Assembly: GCF_030684315.1 (NCBI RefSeq)
Contig: NC_081397.1
Span: 11,308,421-11,372,420, forward strand
DNA from: Stegostoma tigrinum
Taxonomy: Eukaryota
Length of the DNA stretch: 64,000 nt
Direction of reading: 5' to 3'
Part shown: positions 14,301-25,659 of the stretch, piece after piece
Layout: the number at the start of each line of letters is the position of its first letter
Position numbering within the stretch: the first letter of the stretch is position 1
The notes under the pieces: model-generated
What the model was told of the DNA's origin: nothing
Databases searched by the model: none
The model's input: the letters and a program-made list of their open reading frames with translations, nothing else
Translations under genes and position numbers: made by a program

Positions 14301-15445
14301 GCATTATAAGAAGGATGTGGAAGCTTTGGAAGAGTGCAGAGCAGATTTACTGGGATGTTGCCTGGTATGGAGGGAAGGTCTTACGAGGAAAGGCTGAGAG
14401 ACTTGAGGCTGTTTTCATTAGAGAGAAGAAGGTTGAGAGGTGACTTAATTGAAACATATAAAATAATCAGAGGGTTAGATAGAGTGGATAGGGACAGCCG
14501 TTTTCCTAGGATGGTGACAGCGAGCATGAGGGGGCATAGTTTTAAATTGAGGGGTGAAAGATACAGGACAGATGTCAGAGGTAGTTTCTTTACTCAGAGA
14601 GTGGTAAGGGAATGGAACGCTTTGCCTGCAACGGTAGTAGATTCGCCAACTTTAGGTACATTTAAGTCATCATTGGATAAGCATATGGACGTGCATGGAA
14701 TAGTGTAGGTTAGATGGGCTTCAGATCGGTATGACAGGTCGGCACAATATCGAGGGCTGATGGGCCTGTACTGTGCAGTAATGTTCTGTGTAAGAACACT
14801 GATACAGTGTCGACAGAAATGACGGGGTTACCTGAAAAGCGTAGTCCTTCAACACCTGCACAACAGACGACAAATGGATAACACAACGCTTCCAGAGACA
14901 CTGGTCTCCCCACCATACATGAAAAACATATCAGAAATGACCACCATATTACCCCGATCCAAAAACCACAACTGACAGAACCAACGTTATTTGCGAGATA
15001 TCGTGGACAGATGCCAAAAACATTACAAAGGCCAAACTGGTGGGAGGCTAGACATCACAATTCATAAACACCATCTAGTTACCAAGAGACATGGCCAACT
15101 ATCACTCATCTCAATACACATGGACGAAGTGGGACACCGATTTGACTGGGACAACGTAGTCATCTGAGGACAAGTCAACCAAAGACATGCATGAGAATTC
15201 CTGGAGGCCTGATATTCAAACTGGAATGCCATTAACAAATGCATAGAGCAGGATCCCATATACCAACCACTGAGAAACAAATCCGGCAGTGATGTCAGCC
15301 ACCCCAGCAAACTGCGGCACATAAACAGCCAGCAGGACACAACAGCAATGCATCACCAGAGGTGCACTGAAGGTATTATGTCGTATGGTGACAAAATGTC
15401 TGTAAACTAGCAACAACAAGCTTGTCAAGCAATTCAACAACAGCA
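11390..15445 (+). mobile_element. older Penelope-like element split by a CR1 insertion (pieces ~11390-11510 and ~14790-15445)
   Basis: Left piece encodes SCIKTLFK. Right piece encodes CQKHYKGQTG..HRFDWDN (GIY-YIG-like) and ends in a CTGAAG..AAAATGTCTG terminus. Confidence 0.6.
11511..14790 (+). mobile_element. CR1 LINE with ORF1 SGNH-esterase remnant and near-complete disrupted ORF2
   Basis: HIGTND..DGLHLN esterase motifs, then [39 protein letters not shown] and a CR1 3' tail. Confidence 0.92.
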
Positions 15446-15449
15446 TGGT

Positions 15450-16235
15450 TATTAATCTGACCCCAACGGTTCCTGCAATGCAAGTGTGACAGCAGTTATC
15501 AATGGGGAGCTGCCAGTTTCTGCAATTTCAATGTCACTGTTATCAATCTCTGAGTTTCTGCTTGGTGACCATGTGTGCAGCTATCAATAACAGCCTGTCG
15601 GCTTCTACTCTGTGAATATGAGAGTAGTTACCAAACCGTACCTGTCAGCTAATGCTTTGTAAAACTGGGAAGGCTGACTCCAGCATCTGCAGCTCTTGCT
15701 ATCTCTAAGGTTATCGTCAATCAGTTCCTATCAATTTCTTACGTATGGATATGTGCATGTCGAGCACCTGTACCAGTCAGTACCTCAAAATTTGCCAGTA
15801 AAGTTATCAATGTGTACCTGTGGGAATATACGTTGTGAATATTTGAGTATAGTCATCAAACTGTAACAGTCAGTTTTTTTTTAATCTGTGGATATGTGAT
15901 TGCAGTTACAAATCTGTACCTGTCACTTTGTGGTCTATGAAATTGGGAGTTGTCATCAATATGTAGCTGCCAGTTTCTGCTGTGTGGATATGTGAAAGTA
16001 GCTACCGTTCAGTTGCTGTCAGTTTGCTATGTGAATGTGAGTGTTGTTTACGAACGTGTGCATACCAGTTGCTATGATGTGAATGTGTGAATATCTTTAT
16101 TAATCTTTAGCTGTCCGTTTCTGCAATGTCAATGTGAGTCTCGTCATCATTTTTTTTGTAAGCATTTGCAATACAAATCAGTGAGGTTAGGTATCAATCC
16201 ATACCGGTCATTTTCTACTTGTAAAACTGGCTTAA
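15450..16235 (+). repeat. degenerate ~47-49 bp tandem repeat array
   Basis: Same unit as 5335-6540. Confidence 0.75.
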
Positions 16236-16572
16236 TTGTCAGCAGCCAGGAATATTATCGGTGGAGGTGTGATTCATTATGTGATAGTTGCTATGAGAGT
16301 AATTTTATGTGGATTTCATTCAGATACTGAGTGTATAATTTCAGTCTATCCATCTTCAAAATGGTGTAAAAGTCAATGGGTGATGAATTCTGAAATTTGT
16401 TGGAACTGTGCATTTGGAATGGAGAGATAAGAAAAATAAAGTTTCATTTCCTCAACGTTGTTTTACTGTTTGTTTGAACATATCTGTTGGAAATTAAGCT
16501 CACTGTGTGTCTGACTCAATCTGCTCTGTGACTGTGGAAAGGATGTTCTCTGCTCTGACAGTGGGAACATAC

Positions 16573-16654
16573 CTGCTGTTTGTCAGAAGGATCTGGTCAC
16601 ACTTGCCGTTGTACTGAAGAAATCTTACTTTGTCTTGGTCCTTCAAGTGTTTTT
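16573..16654 (-). other. putative 82-nt exon of the repeated module (copy A)
   Basis: Minus strand: polypyrimidine tract..CTGCAG | 82 nt | GTATGT. Homologous to five other copies. Confidence 0.5.
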
Positions 16655-17084
16655 CTGCAGGAGGACAGAAGAGATAGTTCGTGTAAACCAGCATCAGTTG
16701 GGTTTGACAATGTTTAACTGATCAACACAACATTTAGTTAATAATCATTTGGATATTTTAATATCACTAGGAATTCTGACATAACTATGGGTCTTGGTCC
16801 AATCTAGCCCTGAGCTGCTCCTTGTCTGATCATTTCTAAAAACTTCAACACCATTTGAACGAGGTCCTCAAAGTAAATGATACCTGTACAGCTCCATGAC
16901 TGGAACTCCCCAGTGGAAGCTTGTCAGTGGATATGAGTTTAGTTATTGATCTATTCATGTTAGTTCCTACTTGGTGAATGTGTGACTGTAGTTATCAATG
17001 TGTCCCTCTAAGTCTTTGGTAATTACTCATGTATTACACAGCAGAGAATGGCAGGGACAGAATGACAAGGAACTATTGATCAAT

Positions 17085-18435
17085 TTAAATTATACAGCAC
17101 AGAAGATGGCCATTTGGCTCATCATATCCATGCTGACCCAAACACCCCAAAATGGCCTTCAGAATCCGATCTTCTTGCATACATCCCATAGCCCTGCAGC
17201 TTACAGAGTTAATGTGGAGGTCCAGCTATGTTCTTACAAGAGTTGAGAATCTCTGCTATCAGCAACTCAGGTAGCATATTTGAGATAAGCACCCTCTCAT
17301 AAAAATGGTTTTTCTCCCATCATTTCTCATCCTCTTGCCACTTCACTTAATCAACTCCCGATGGTTTTAAACTCTATGCCAAGGGAAACAGATTCCCCCT
17401 GTCGACTCTATCTCTGCCCATCCCAATTGCCTCAAACATGGCACTCGCAGCTTTCACTGTTCAAAATAATACAGCTCCAACCTCTATAATTATTCCTCAT
17501 AGCTACCACTCTCCAGCCCTGGCAACATTCCAGTAAATCTTCTCTGCAATATATCCAGAGCAATAACATCTTGCTGTAATGTGGTGACCACAGCAGCGCA
17601 CAATACATCAGTTCCAGCCTCACCAGTGTCTTAGATAATAAAATGTGAGCCTGGATGAACACAGCAGGCCCAGCAGCATCCCAGGAGCACAAAAGCTGAC
17701 GTTTCGGGCCTAGACCCTTCATCAGAGAGCTCTCTGATGAAGGGTCTAGGCCCGAAATGTCAGCTTTTGTGCTCCTGGGATGCTGCTGGGCCTGCTGTGT
17801 TCATTCAGCCTCACATTTTATTATCTTGGATTCTCCAGCATCTCATGATCACTCACCAGTGTCTTCTATAGTTTCATCGTTCTGGCCCTACTTGTGTGCT
17901 TCATACCTCTGTCAAAGAAGGACAGCATTCTATATACCTAGTTTAACAACCTTATCCACCTATACAGCTATTGTCACACTCCAGTACACTTGCACACCAA
18001 GACCACTCACTTTATCTACAATTTCCACACCACCTCATGTATTCCCATTTCATGTCCTTTCACCTCTTGGAATGCATTACCTCACATTTATCAGAGTTGA
18101 ACTCCATGTGCCACTCATCTGCCCCTTCCACTAAACCTTCTCTATCCTTTTGGAGCTGACAGCTATCCTCTGCACTACCAGTACACTGTTAAATTTTTGT
18201 GTTGGCTGAAAATTTCCCAATCGTAACCCACATGTTCAAGTCCAAGTTGTTACCACATAAAACAAACAGCAGTGGTCCCAACACCGAGCTGTGCGAAACA
18301 CCACTTGAAACCTCCTGTTGCTGAGCCAATGTTGCTCTGTATCCCATAAGCCTTGCTATTTCTGATTCATCTGCTGCATGGTACTTTATCAAATGTCTTA
18401 GTAAAATCCATGCAGTTAAGATGCATTACACTACC
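17085..18435 (-). mobile_element. old CR1 LINE fragment
   Basis: [16 protein letters not shown] and CALLWSPHY remnants on the minus strand. Confidence 0.65.
17633..17851. mobile_element. Penelope-derived fold-back mini-element with 14-bp TSD
   Basis: Near-perfect inverted repeat centred on AGCT at 17728-17731. CTCACCAGTGTCTT is duplicated at 17619-17632 and 17852-17865. Confidence 0.85.
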
Positions 18436-19070
18436 CTCACATTCACGTGGCAGTCACTGACAGGTATCGATTGATAACTAAATTCACATATCCACATTGT
18501 GAAAACAGGCAGGGACTGATTGAAAAATACAACTGCATCTTCACACAGCAATCAGTATCTGTTTCTGCTATTTAGATGTGAGTTTTCTTATTAATCTGTT
18601 GATAATGATGTGTGAACATGCAACGTGAACATTTGAGTGCAAATTTCAATCCGTATCTGTCCATGTCTGCTCTGGGAACCTGAGAATGTAGTTATTCATC
18701 TGCAACTATCAGTTTCTGTGATGTGAATATATAAATGTAGTTATGAATTTATAACTCAGTTTCCTCGACGCGAATACAAGAATACAGTTATCTATTTCTA
18801 CCGATCATTCTTGGCTATGTGCATATATGGGCATTGTGATCAATCTGTCCCTGTCATTACCTGCTGTGTGAATGTTGAAGTGCAATTGAAAACCTTTTCC
18901 AGTCAGTTTCTGTGATGTGAATATGGAAATATAATTATTATTTCCCCCTGTCAGATTCCGCTCTGTGAATACGAGTGCCTCGTTTGCCACATGAGGCTTG
19001 GGAGTGGGACTGCAAGTTTCTTCCGATCGGTTTCTGCTTTGTGAATTTGAGCGTAGTAATATTGTCAAAG
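18430..19070 (+). repeat. degenerate ~47-49 bp tandem repeat array (short reversed patch at its left end)
   Basis: Same unit; 18450-18550 reads CTGACAGGTA..GATTGATAACT, the reverse orientation. Confidence 0.7.
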
Positions 19071-20499
19071 AGTCATACAGCTGCGAAACAGACCTTTGGT
19101 CCAACAGTCCCTGATGACCACAGGCATCAATTTCATTCCTTTCCTTTCAGCATCTGTTTGTTGTATGAGAGAGAGTTTTCTGATGAGCTGCCAATCTGAA
19201 TTAAAGATAGGTATTGGTCTAAGTCACACTGTCCTTTAAATGTCTGTTTGTGTTTCTAGCTCAGCATGTGTGATCTGATACCCTTGGTGAGGTGTATTAT
19301 AAAATCATCACAGCACTAATTTATAACACATTAATCATAAAGAGAGTGTGAGAATTCTCTGAAATAGTGAGTCTCCCACTGAGATTGCAAGTGTGGTTAT
19401 TGTTAGCTTCATCAGCAGCAGGCTGACGGTCACCATGGGATCAATTCAGTCTCTGGCATTGTGTGTCAATGTGTTCCTCATGCTTTGCCATCATATTTCA
19501 CATGGATAACGAATGGGTAATGTTTACATGGGTAATGTTGCATTGAACATGTTACTTGTCGGAACTGCTGCCATCCTTGTGTTGTTCAAATCTCTGCTGC
19601 TCAACATGAATGAGATTTTACCCAATGCCCTATGAATCAGATCACGTAAATGAAACTGTTTTAATACCTTTGTCAGTCTCTGACTCTGTAGATGCTGTTT
19701 GGTTAAAGTCCATAAATATTGAGTCTCTGTACAGGTTATGATAGCAAGTTTGGTTCTGGATTGGGCAGTCACTCATCTGATTGTGTATTTCAAATTTATT
19801 CCTCCTGTAACAAGATCATTATACGAACATTTCTTCAATCTATTGCCAATAATCTCCAGTTATCTGTTTGCATCTGTATCTGTTCACGACCCTATTTGCT
19901 TTCTTCGTTGGTCCATTTAATAACACCTTTATACAGTACTTGTGTACGAGATGAGAGCTGCTTTTTAATTTGTACCTCTTTGAAGGCAAATTACATTGTA
20001 ATGTTTATTTCATTTTAAACTTGGCCTACTATATATTTCCTTCAGTTTCAAAGGAAATTGATACATTAGTTACATGTCCAAATCTAAGACATGGTGCGAT
20101 ATTTGGAGGCATATTTAATCTGGATTTCAATTTACTTCTTGAGCTGTTTCAGTAGAATTCATCATTGATCATGCAAGAGCTTCAGTATTTTCTAATGTAG
20201 TGAACATGACTAACTTACTTTATGCCAAGCTGATACCTCATACTTAATCCTAAAGGAGAGCATTCACATACCAGGATTGAAGTACTTCACTCTTACCCTG
20301 TCCTATTAATGCTTAATGAAAGAGGAGCTCTCCCACCCATGTGATATTTAAGAGAAATGGCATTTTATTTTGTTTTTGCCTGGGTATCTACTAACCTGGC
20401 AGCATCTCTATGCTTTGTAAGTTATTCTGTACCCACCGTGTATTGGCACAAGAGCTGCTGTTATGAAACAAGACGGACAGATACACTCAATTGATCCTA

Positions 20500-21250
20500 T
20501 TTCCATCTTCCTGTATTGCGTTACTGAGCAGATTTCGTATTTCTTGGAAAGTGGGCAGCCAATTACCACCATGGCAGAGGACAGAGTTTTCAGTTCATCT
20601 CTCCTTTCGCAAATGGGAAACAGCCTATGTTCTTCGGTTGTTTGTGCCTACAACATTTATAAGCAAGTGAAAATGCAAGACATTGCGACTGAAATGCGTC
20701 TGTGCTTTTCCTCACAATTGAGGACAGAAAAGCAATGGACCTTTATCAAGGATACATTGCAGAGACTAATCACTGTTGTGATATCAAAGGATATTTTCAG
20801 GATGATATTAATATCATTCAACATTGCATAGTGGCACAAGTCTTGGAATGCTGCTAAACTAAAGATGTTACTTTAGTTTGTTATTGCCAAAGAGGAAGTG
20901 CAATGAACAAGTGAACTGCATTGCGGCTGACTGACCACAATGTTGCTTGTGCAGGAAAGAAAATTAGCTTTCTGACTTCGATTTTGTTTTATGGCACAGA
21001 CATTAACATGCTCGGTGTTGAACTTTTGTTTTCTGTCATGCAGTGGCTAAAACTGGAGCCGTCAAACTGAATTTACTCAAGAATAAACACTGTTGAACCC
21101 TCTTTGCAAAATATAAATGAGGACGGTTATGTTGTTATGTTGCTTGTTTGAAAAAAATGGCATGAAGCTTCCTTGTGTTTGATGTAAAAATTCAGATGGA
21201 TTGTCAAGAGGAACACAGGGCTACTTGAACAAAATTTCAGCTAACTTGAA
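20500..21250 (+). mobile_element. possible highly decayed hAT (Charlie/SPIN-like) transposase remnant
   Basis: Frame-broken segments resembling HCIxHQ...AKLKM and NxLNxSLQ. Confidence 0.3.
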
Positions 21251-21479
21251 AACAAAAGGTCTATGATTATAAAGTCCTCTTGCTTACGATAGAATAAAAA
21301 ATATTCTAATCATGCCAGGTGAAGAAATTGACAACTGATAAAGGTGAGGATGATACTTCATCTGCCAACATGACACATTTATGGAATTTGAATACTGGCT
21401 GAATTGATGTAGAATTGTCGGCTTTTTGTTTCTAAACAGTGCAGGTTCAATGAGAAAGGTCTGTTTGCTGTGCTGCAGA

Positions 21480-22010
21480 CATCTATGAATATGTGTGTGT
21501 GTGATAATCATTGATCCGTACTTGTTGGTAGCTGTCACGTGAAGATATGAGCGTAACCATCAAACTGTCCCTCTCAGTTTCTGCTGTGAAATATGAGAGT
21601 TTAGTTATCAATCTATATCCATCAATTCCTCTTTCATGAATGCGAAAGTGTTACAAATATGTCCTAGTCAAAATCTTCTGTGAATATGCAAATGTAGTTA
21701 TCAATCGACATATGCTTATGCTTTTGCTTTCCTGTCATGTGTGGATGTATTTATCAGCCTGTACCTGTCAGTTTTTGCAGTCTGAATGTGTGTGTAATTA
21801 TCTTACTGTCCCTGTCACTTTCTGATGTGTGAATGAGTGTACTGTTATCAATATGTGCCTGTCAGCTTCTTCTCTATGGCTGTGCGAGTGTATTTACCCA
21901 TTTGGCCCTGTCAAATCCTGTCCTGTAAATCTGACAGATGAGTTATTAGGCTATGCCTGAAGCTATCTGGTTTGTGAATGTGTGAATGCATTTAACATTC
22001 TCTCCCTGTA
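21480..22010 (+). repeat. degenerate ~47-49 bp tandem repeat array
   Basis: Same unit; mirrored by 62150-62345 and 63420-63750. Confidence 0.75.
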
Positions 22011-22328
22011 TAATTTCTAGGGTAGGGCTTACGTCTTATTCTGGCTTGGTCTGTCTCCCCTGGATACATTTAGAGTTTAATGTTCATTTGTTGTTGCAAG
22101 CTGACTGTACGAGACATTCTTAATTGTATAGTCAACAACCAGGTTATCTGCTTGAATGTAGGTTATTTTTTGTATCATTTCAGGTCAATATTTGATTTCC
22201 TTCTGGTCTATTTAAATAGCAAAGTTTATATTCACTAGAAGTGTTTCAGATGGTTTTCACTATTCAGTTTGTAGTTTTATGCAAACAAATGCAATGTCAA
22301 TATCAATTTCAATCTGAAACCTGTCCTG

Positions 22329-22453
22329 AAGGGTCTAGGCCCGAAACGTCAGCTTTTGTGCTCCTGAGATGCTGCTTGGCCTGCTGTGTTCATCCAGCCT
22401 CACATTTTATTATCTTGGAATTCTCCAGCATCTGCAGTTCCCATTATCTCTGA
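22329..22453 (+). mobile_element. solo Penelope terminal repeat
   Basis: AGGGTCTAGGCCCGAAACGTCAGC...CCCATTATCTCTGA; absent from the paralogous site near 61680. Confidence 0.8.
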
Positions 22454-22599
22454 TATGCAATTTCTCCAGTTTGTACAAAAGGAAATGATACTTTAATTCC
22501 CTCTAAGTCGATGAGCTGGTAACACGTAGAGAGTTGAAATTAATCTCTTGTTCGATATATTTCTTGGACTACTTCTTGGGTATTCAAGTGTGTCAATGA

Positions 22600-23410
22600 A
22601 CAAAAAAAAAATTCCAGCAGAGGAACAGGCCCTTCGGCCCTCCAAGCCTGCGCCGATCCATATCCTCTACCTAAACCTGTCACCTATTTTCCAAGGATCT
22701 GTATCCCTCTGCTCCCAGTCCAGTCATGTATCTGTCTAGATACATCTTAAAATGACACTATCATGCACATCTCTACCACCTCCGCTGGCAAAGTTTTACA
22801 AGCACCCACCGCCCTCGGTGTAAAGAATTTTCCATGCATATCATCCTTACACTTTTTCCCCCTTCACCTTGAAATCATTACCCCTAGTCATAGAGTTCCA
22901 CACTCGAGGAAAAAGCTTCTTGCTATCCACCCTGTTGTTGCATCTCATGACTCTGTCGGCCTCAATCAAGTCCCCCCCCCCCAACCTCCATCTTTCTAAT
23001 GTAACTAATCCTCATGTACTCAAACTCTATTCAGAGCTAGCACCCTCCATACCGGGCAACATCTTTGTTGACTTCCTCTGCACCTTCTCCAAAGCATCAA
23101 GATCCTTTTGGTAATGTGGCGACCTGAACTGTACACAGTATTCTAAGTGTGTACAAACCAAAGTCCGATACAACTGTAACATGACCTGCCAACTCTTGCA
23201 CTAAACGACCCATCTGATGAAGCAAAGAATGTAACATGTCTTCTTGGCCATTCTATCGAACTGTGTTGCCACCTTCGGGTACAATGGACCTGAACACCCA
23301 GATCTCTGAGCATCAATTTTTGCCAGGGCTTGTCCATTTTCCGTATAGTACACTTTTGAATTGGATCTTCCAAAATGCATCACCTCACATTTGCCTGAAC
23401 TGAACTCCAC
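22600..23410 (-). mobile_element. CR1 LINE 3' fragment
   Basis: MEFSSGKCEVMHFGRSN and RDLGVQVH motifs; 3' tail at ~22600-22700. Confidence 0.85.
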
Positions 23411-24254
23411 AAAATTTGTCCAATTTTTTTTCCCCCCAATATAATGAATGAGTGATATTCACATTATGAACACGGGAGTGCATGTACACATGAGGATTGA
23501 AGTATTTAGCTCATGTTCTGTTTGTCTCTTATCATGAAAGGCTACCTCTCTGACCTGAAATCCGTGAGTGGAAATCATCTTCAATATTACACATTCTGAG
23601 GTTTGCAATATACATGAACTTCATGGTTGTTAGATGGTGTAACACATGTGATGGGGATAGTGTATATATTTACAACTCAGTGGAGTGAGTGTGTGCCAGA
23701 AAGTGTGTGCATACACTCTGCTGGCATTCTACGTTAGGCTTTGGGACAGGATGTGCATTTTGAAGGCACATTATTTAATTGTTCTGGCTGTGCCTGGGAC
23801 ATCTATTTGACAAAAGATTAATGCTGTCCTGCTCAGTTACTGATAATAATGTGAATGTTTTCCTCCATATCTGTCCTCATTATCTGCTAGATGTATGGTT
23901 GGTGTAACTATGTAGCAGCATGAACTATTTCTTCACCTTGACAGTAACTTTGAAAACATAGTTACTAAATGCAGATTTACTGCAGTTCTTTTGTGTCTAT
24001 TTCAGATGAAAATTCAGTCTATTCATTTTCAAAAATGTTGTAAATGCCAATAGGCTACAAATGATGAATTTTTTTGAAATGGGGTGGTGTGTGTTGAGAA
24101 AACAGAGGGAGAGAAAGAACTATTTGTATTTTGTTGGTTGTGTTTGACTGTTGTCTTGAAAGCATGTCACCAGAAATTGAGTTTAATGTATCTCTGACTC
24201 AATTTGTTCTGTGCCTGTGGAAAGGATGTTCTCTGCTCGGACAAGGTAACATAC

Positions 24255-24336
24255 CTGTTGTTTGTTAGAAGCAGCTGGTTACCCTTAGCTTTGTATTGGC
24301 CAAGTATTACATTGTCTTGTTCCTGCAAGTATTTTC
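24255..24336 (-). other. putative 82-nt exon 2 of the repeated module (copy B)
   Basis: Minus strand: CTCTTCTGTCTTCCCCCAG | 82 nt | GTATGT. Confidence 0.55.
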
Positions 24337-24849
24337 CTGGGGGAAGACAGAAGAGTTTACTCCTGTAAATCAACATCAACTAAGTTTTACAATGTCAAAA
24401 AGATTAATGTAATGTTCAGTTAGTAATTATTAGGATGATTCTTTTCTTTAACTTCTTCTGATGAGGAGCAGTGCTCCAAATGCCTATCATTTTAAAATAA
24501 CCTGTCGGATGATGACAGTGTCATGAGACTTCTGCCTTGACTTTAAAGTCATCAATTCAAACACAGCTCTGATTCCATTTTAACCTTGAGCTGCTCCTTG
24601 TCTAAGGATAATTTCTGTTTTAAATATATATGCTTCGATACCAATTGAGCAAAATCCAGAAGTGGAACGATAATTGGACAGCTCGACGTAAGGTGCTACC
24701 CAAAGCCACTGCGATATCTGCGCCGTTACCAAATCCCAAAGCACTAACTGTAGAATACATTGACTCAAATCAATGTCCTTTGCAGGGTTCTTCTAGTTCC
24801 ATAGTCTTATCTGTGTTTCGACTTAGACTGCACAATGTTAACAAAGCAT

Positions 24850-25330
24850 GCAACAGCAGCCAAACAATGAATTTCCATCAGTGTTTAGAAGACTAAAAGC
24901 TGCGAAACTGACCCCCAGCAGCAGCTTCTTGCCGCTGTGTCTCCCTCAGCAGGCCCACACACAGCCCGAGAAAGGCCTCTCTCTCCCCGCCCCCAGGCCG
25001 CTCACTCCAAGTTCCGGGACCAGTTCCTGCTCCGCTCCACCTCTTACCGACAGCCCCCGGTTCTCCCTGAACTGAGCCCGAATCAATGCCGGTCTCGGAG
25101 CCCCCTCTGTGTCCCAGACTCACATCTCGATGCGCTGCTGGAAGGACCCTGCTGTTCCCTCGCTTCCCTGGGCGCTGGTCTCTCCATTGCGGCCTGTTTC
25201 AAACAAACCTCTTCTGCTCACTGAGTCAATGCTCCTCAATGGCAGCGCTGGGGGAAGGCCTTACGCATGCGCTCCTCTAAACAAACAAATGCTCTTTTTC
25301 GAGGGGGTGGGGGAAATCGCGCATGCGCTA
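24850..25330 (-). promoter_or_regulatory. CpG-rich promoter/exon 1 of the repeated module (copy B), two NRF1-type sites
   Basis: ACGCATGCGC at 25263-25272, GCGCATGCGC at 25319-25328, TGAGTCA at 25222-25228, donor GTGAGT at 25118-25123 (-). Confidence 0.55.
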
Positions 25331-25659
25331 CTTTTCCGAATAATTCCCAGAAACAAATATCAATTGATCATTTCCCCAATTCACTTTTCTCCCAGTTTCA
25401 GCAAAGCAACTGAGGGCTGTGGGGGAAAGAGCAGAGAACGTTTGTATGTAATGACTTTTCTTTCCCACGATTCAATTCCAATTCGCAAAAACAAGAGCGT
25501 GAAACAGAAGCTGAACGATGAACTTCGATCGTTTCCCGGACCATGTTAGTAACTGCCTCCCTGCGGCTCTCTCACAATCTGATGGGCAAGTGGAGTAGCT
25601 GCCGGCCATTGGGCCCGTTAGATGTGCTCCCTAATTCAAAACATCATGTCTAATCTTAT

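Noticed and set aside
16500-16694. 64-aa ORFs (also 41221-41415) as single-exon genes
   Set aside because: They run through a polypyrimidine tract and splice sites; only the 82-nt core behaves like an exon.
20463-20831. 122-aa ORF as a host gene
   Set aside because: No recognisable domain; it overlaps a probable decayed DNA transposon.
22600-23410. CR1 at 22600 and CR1 at 62360 as one insertion copied by the inverted duplication
   Set aside because: They occupy non-equivalent positions in the arms and each paralogous site is empty, so they are independent insertions.
24848-25549. ORFs such as MQQQPNNEFPSVFRR and MSQTHISMRCWK repeated in three copies
   Set aside because: They are antisense to the splice signals, differ in length among copies and often lack an ATG; similarity reflects DNA duplication.
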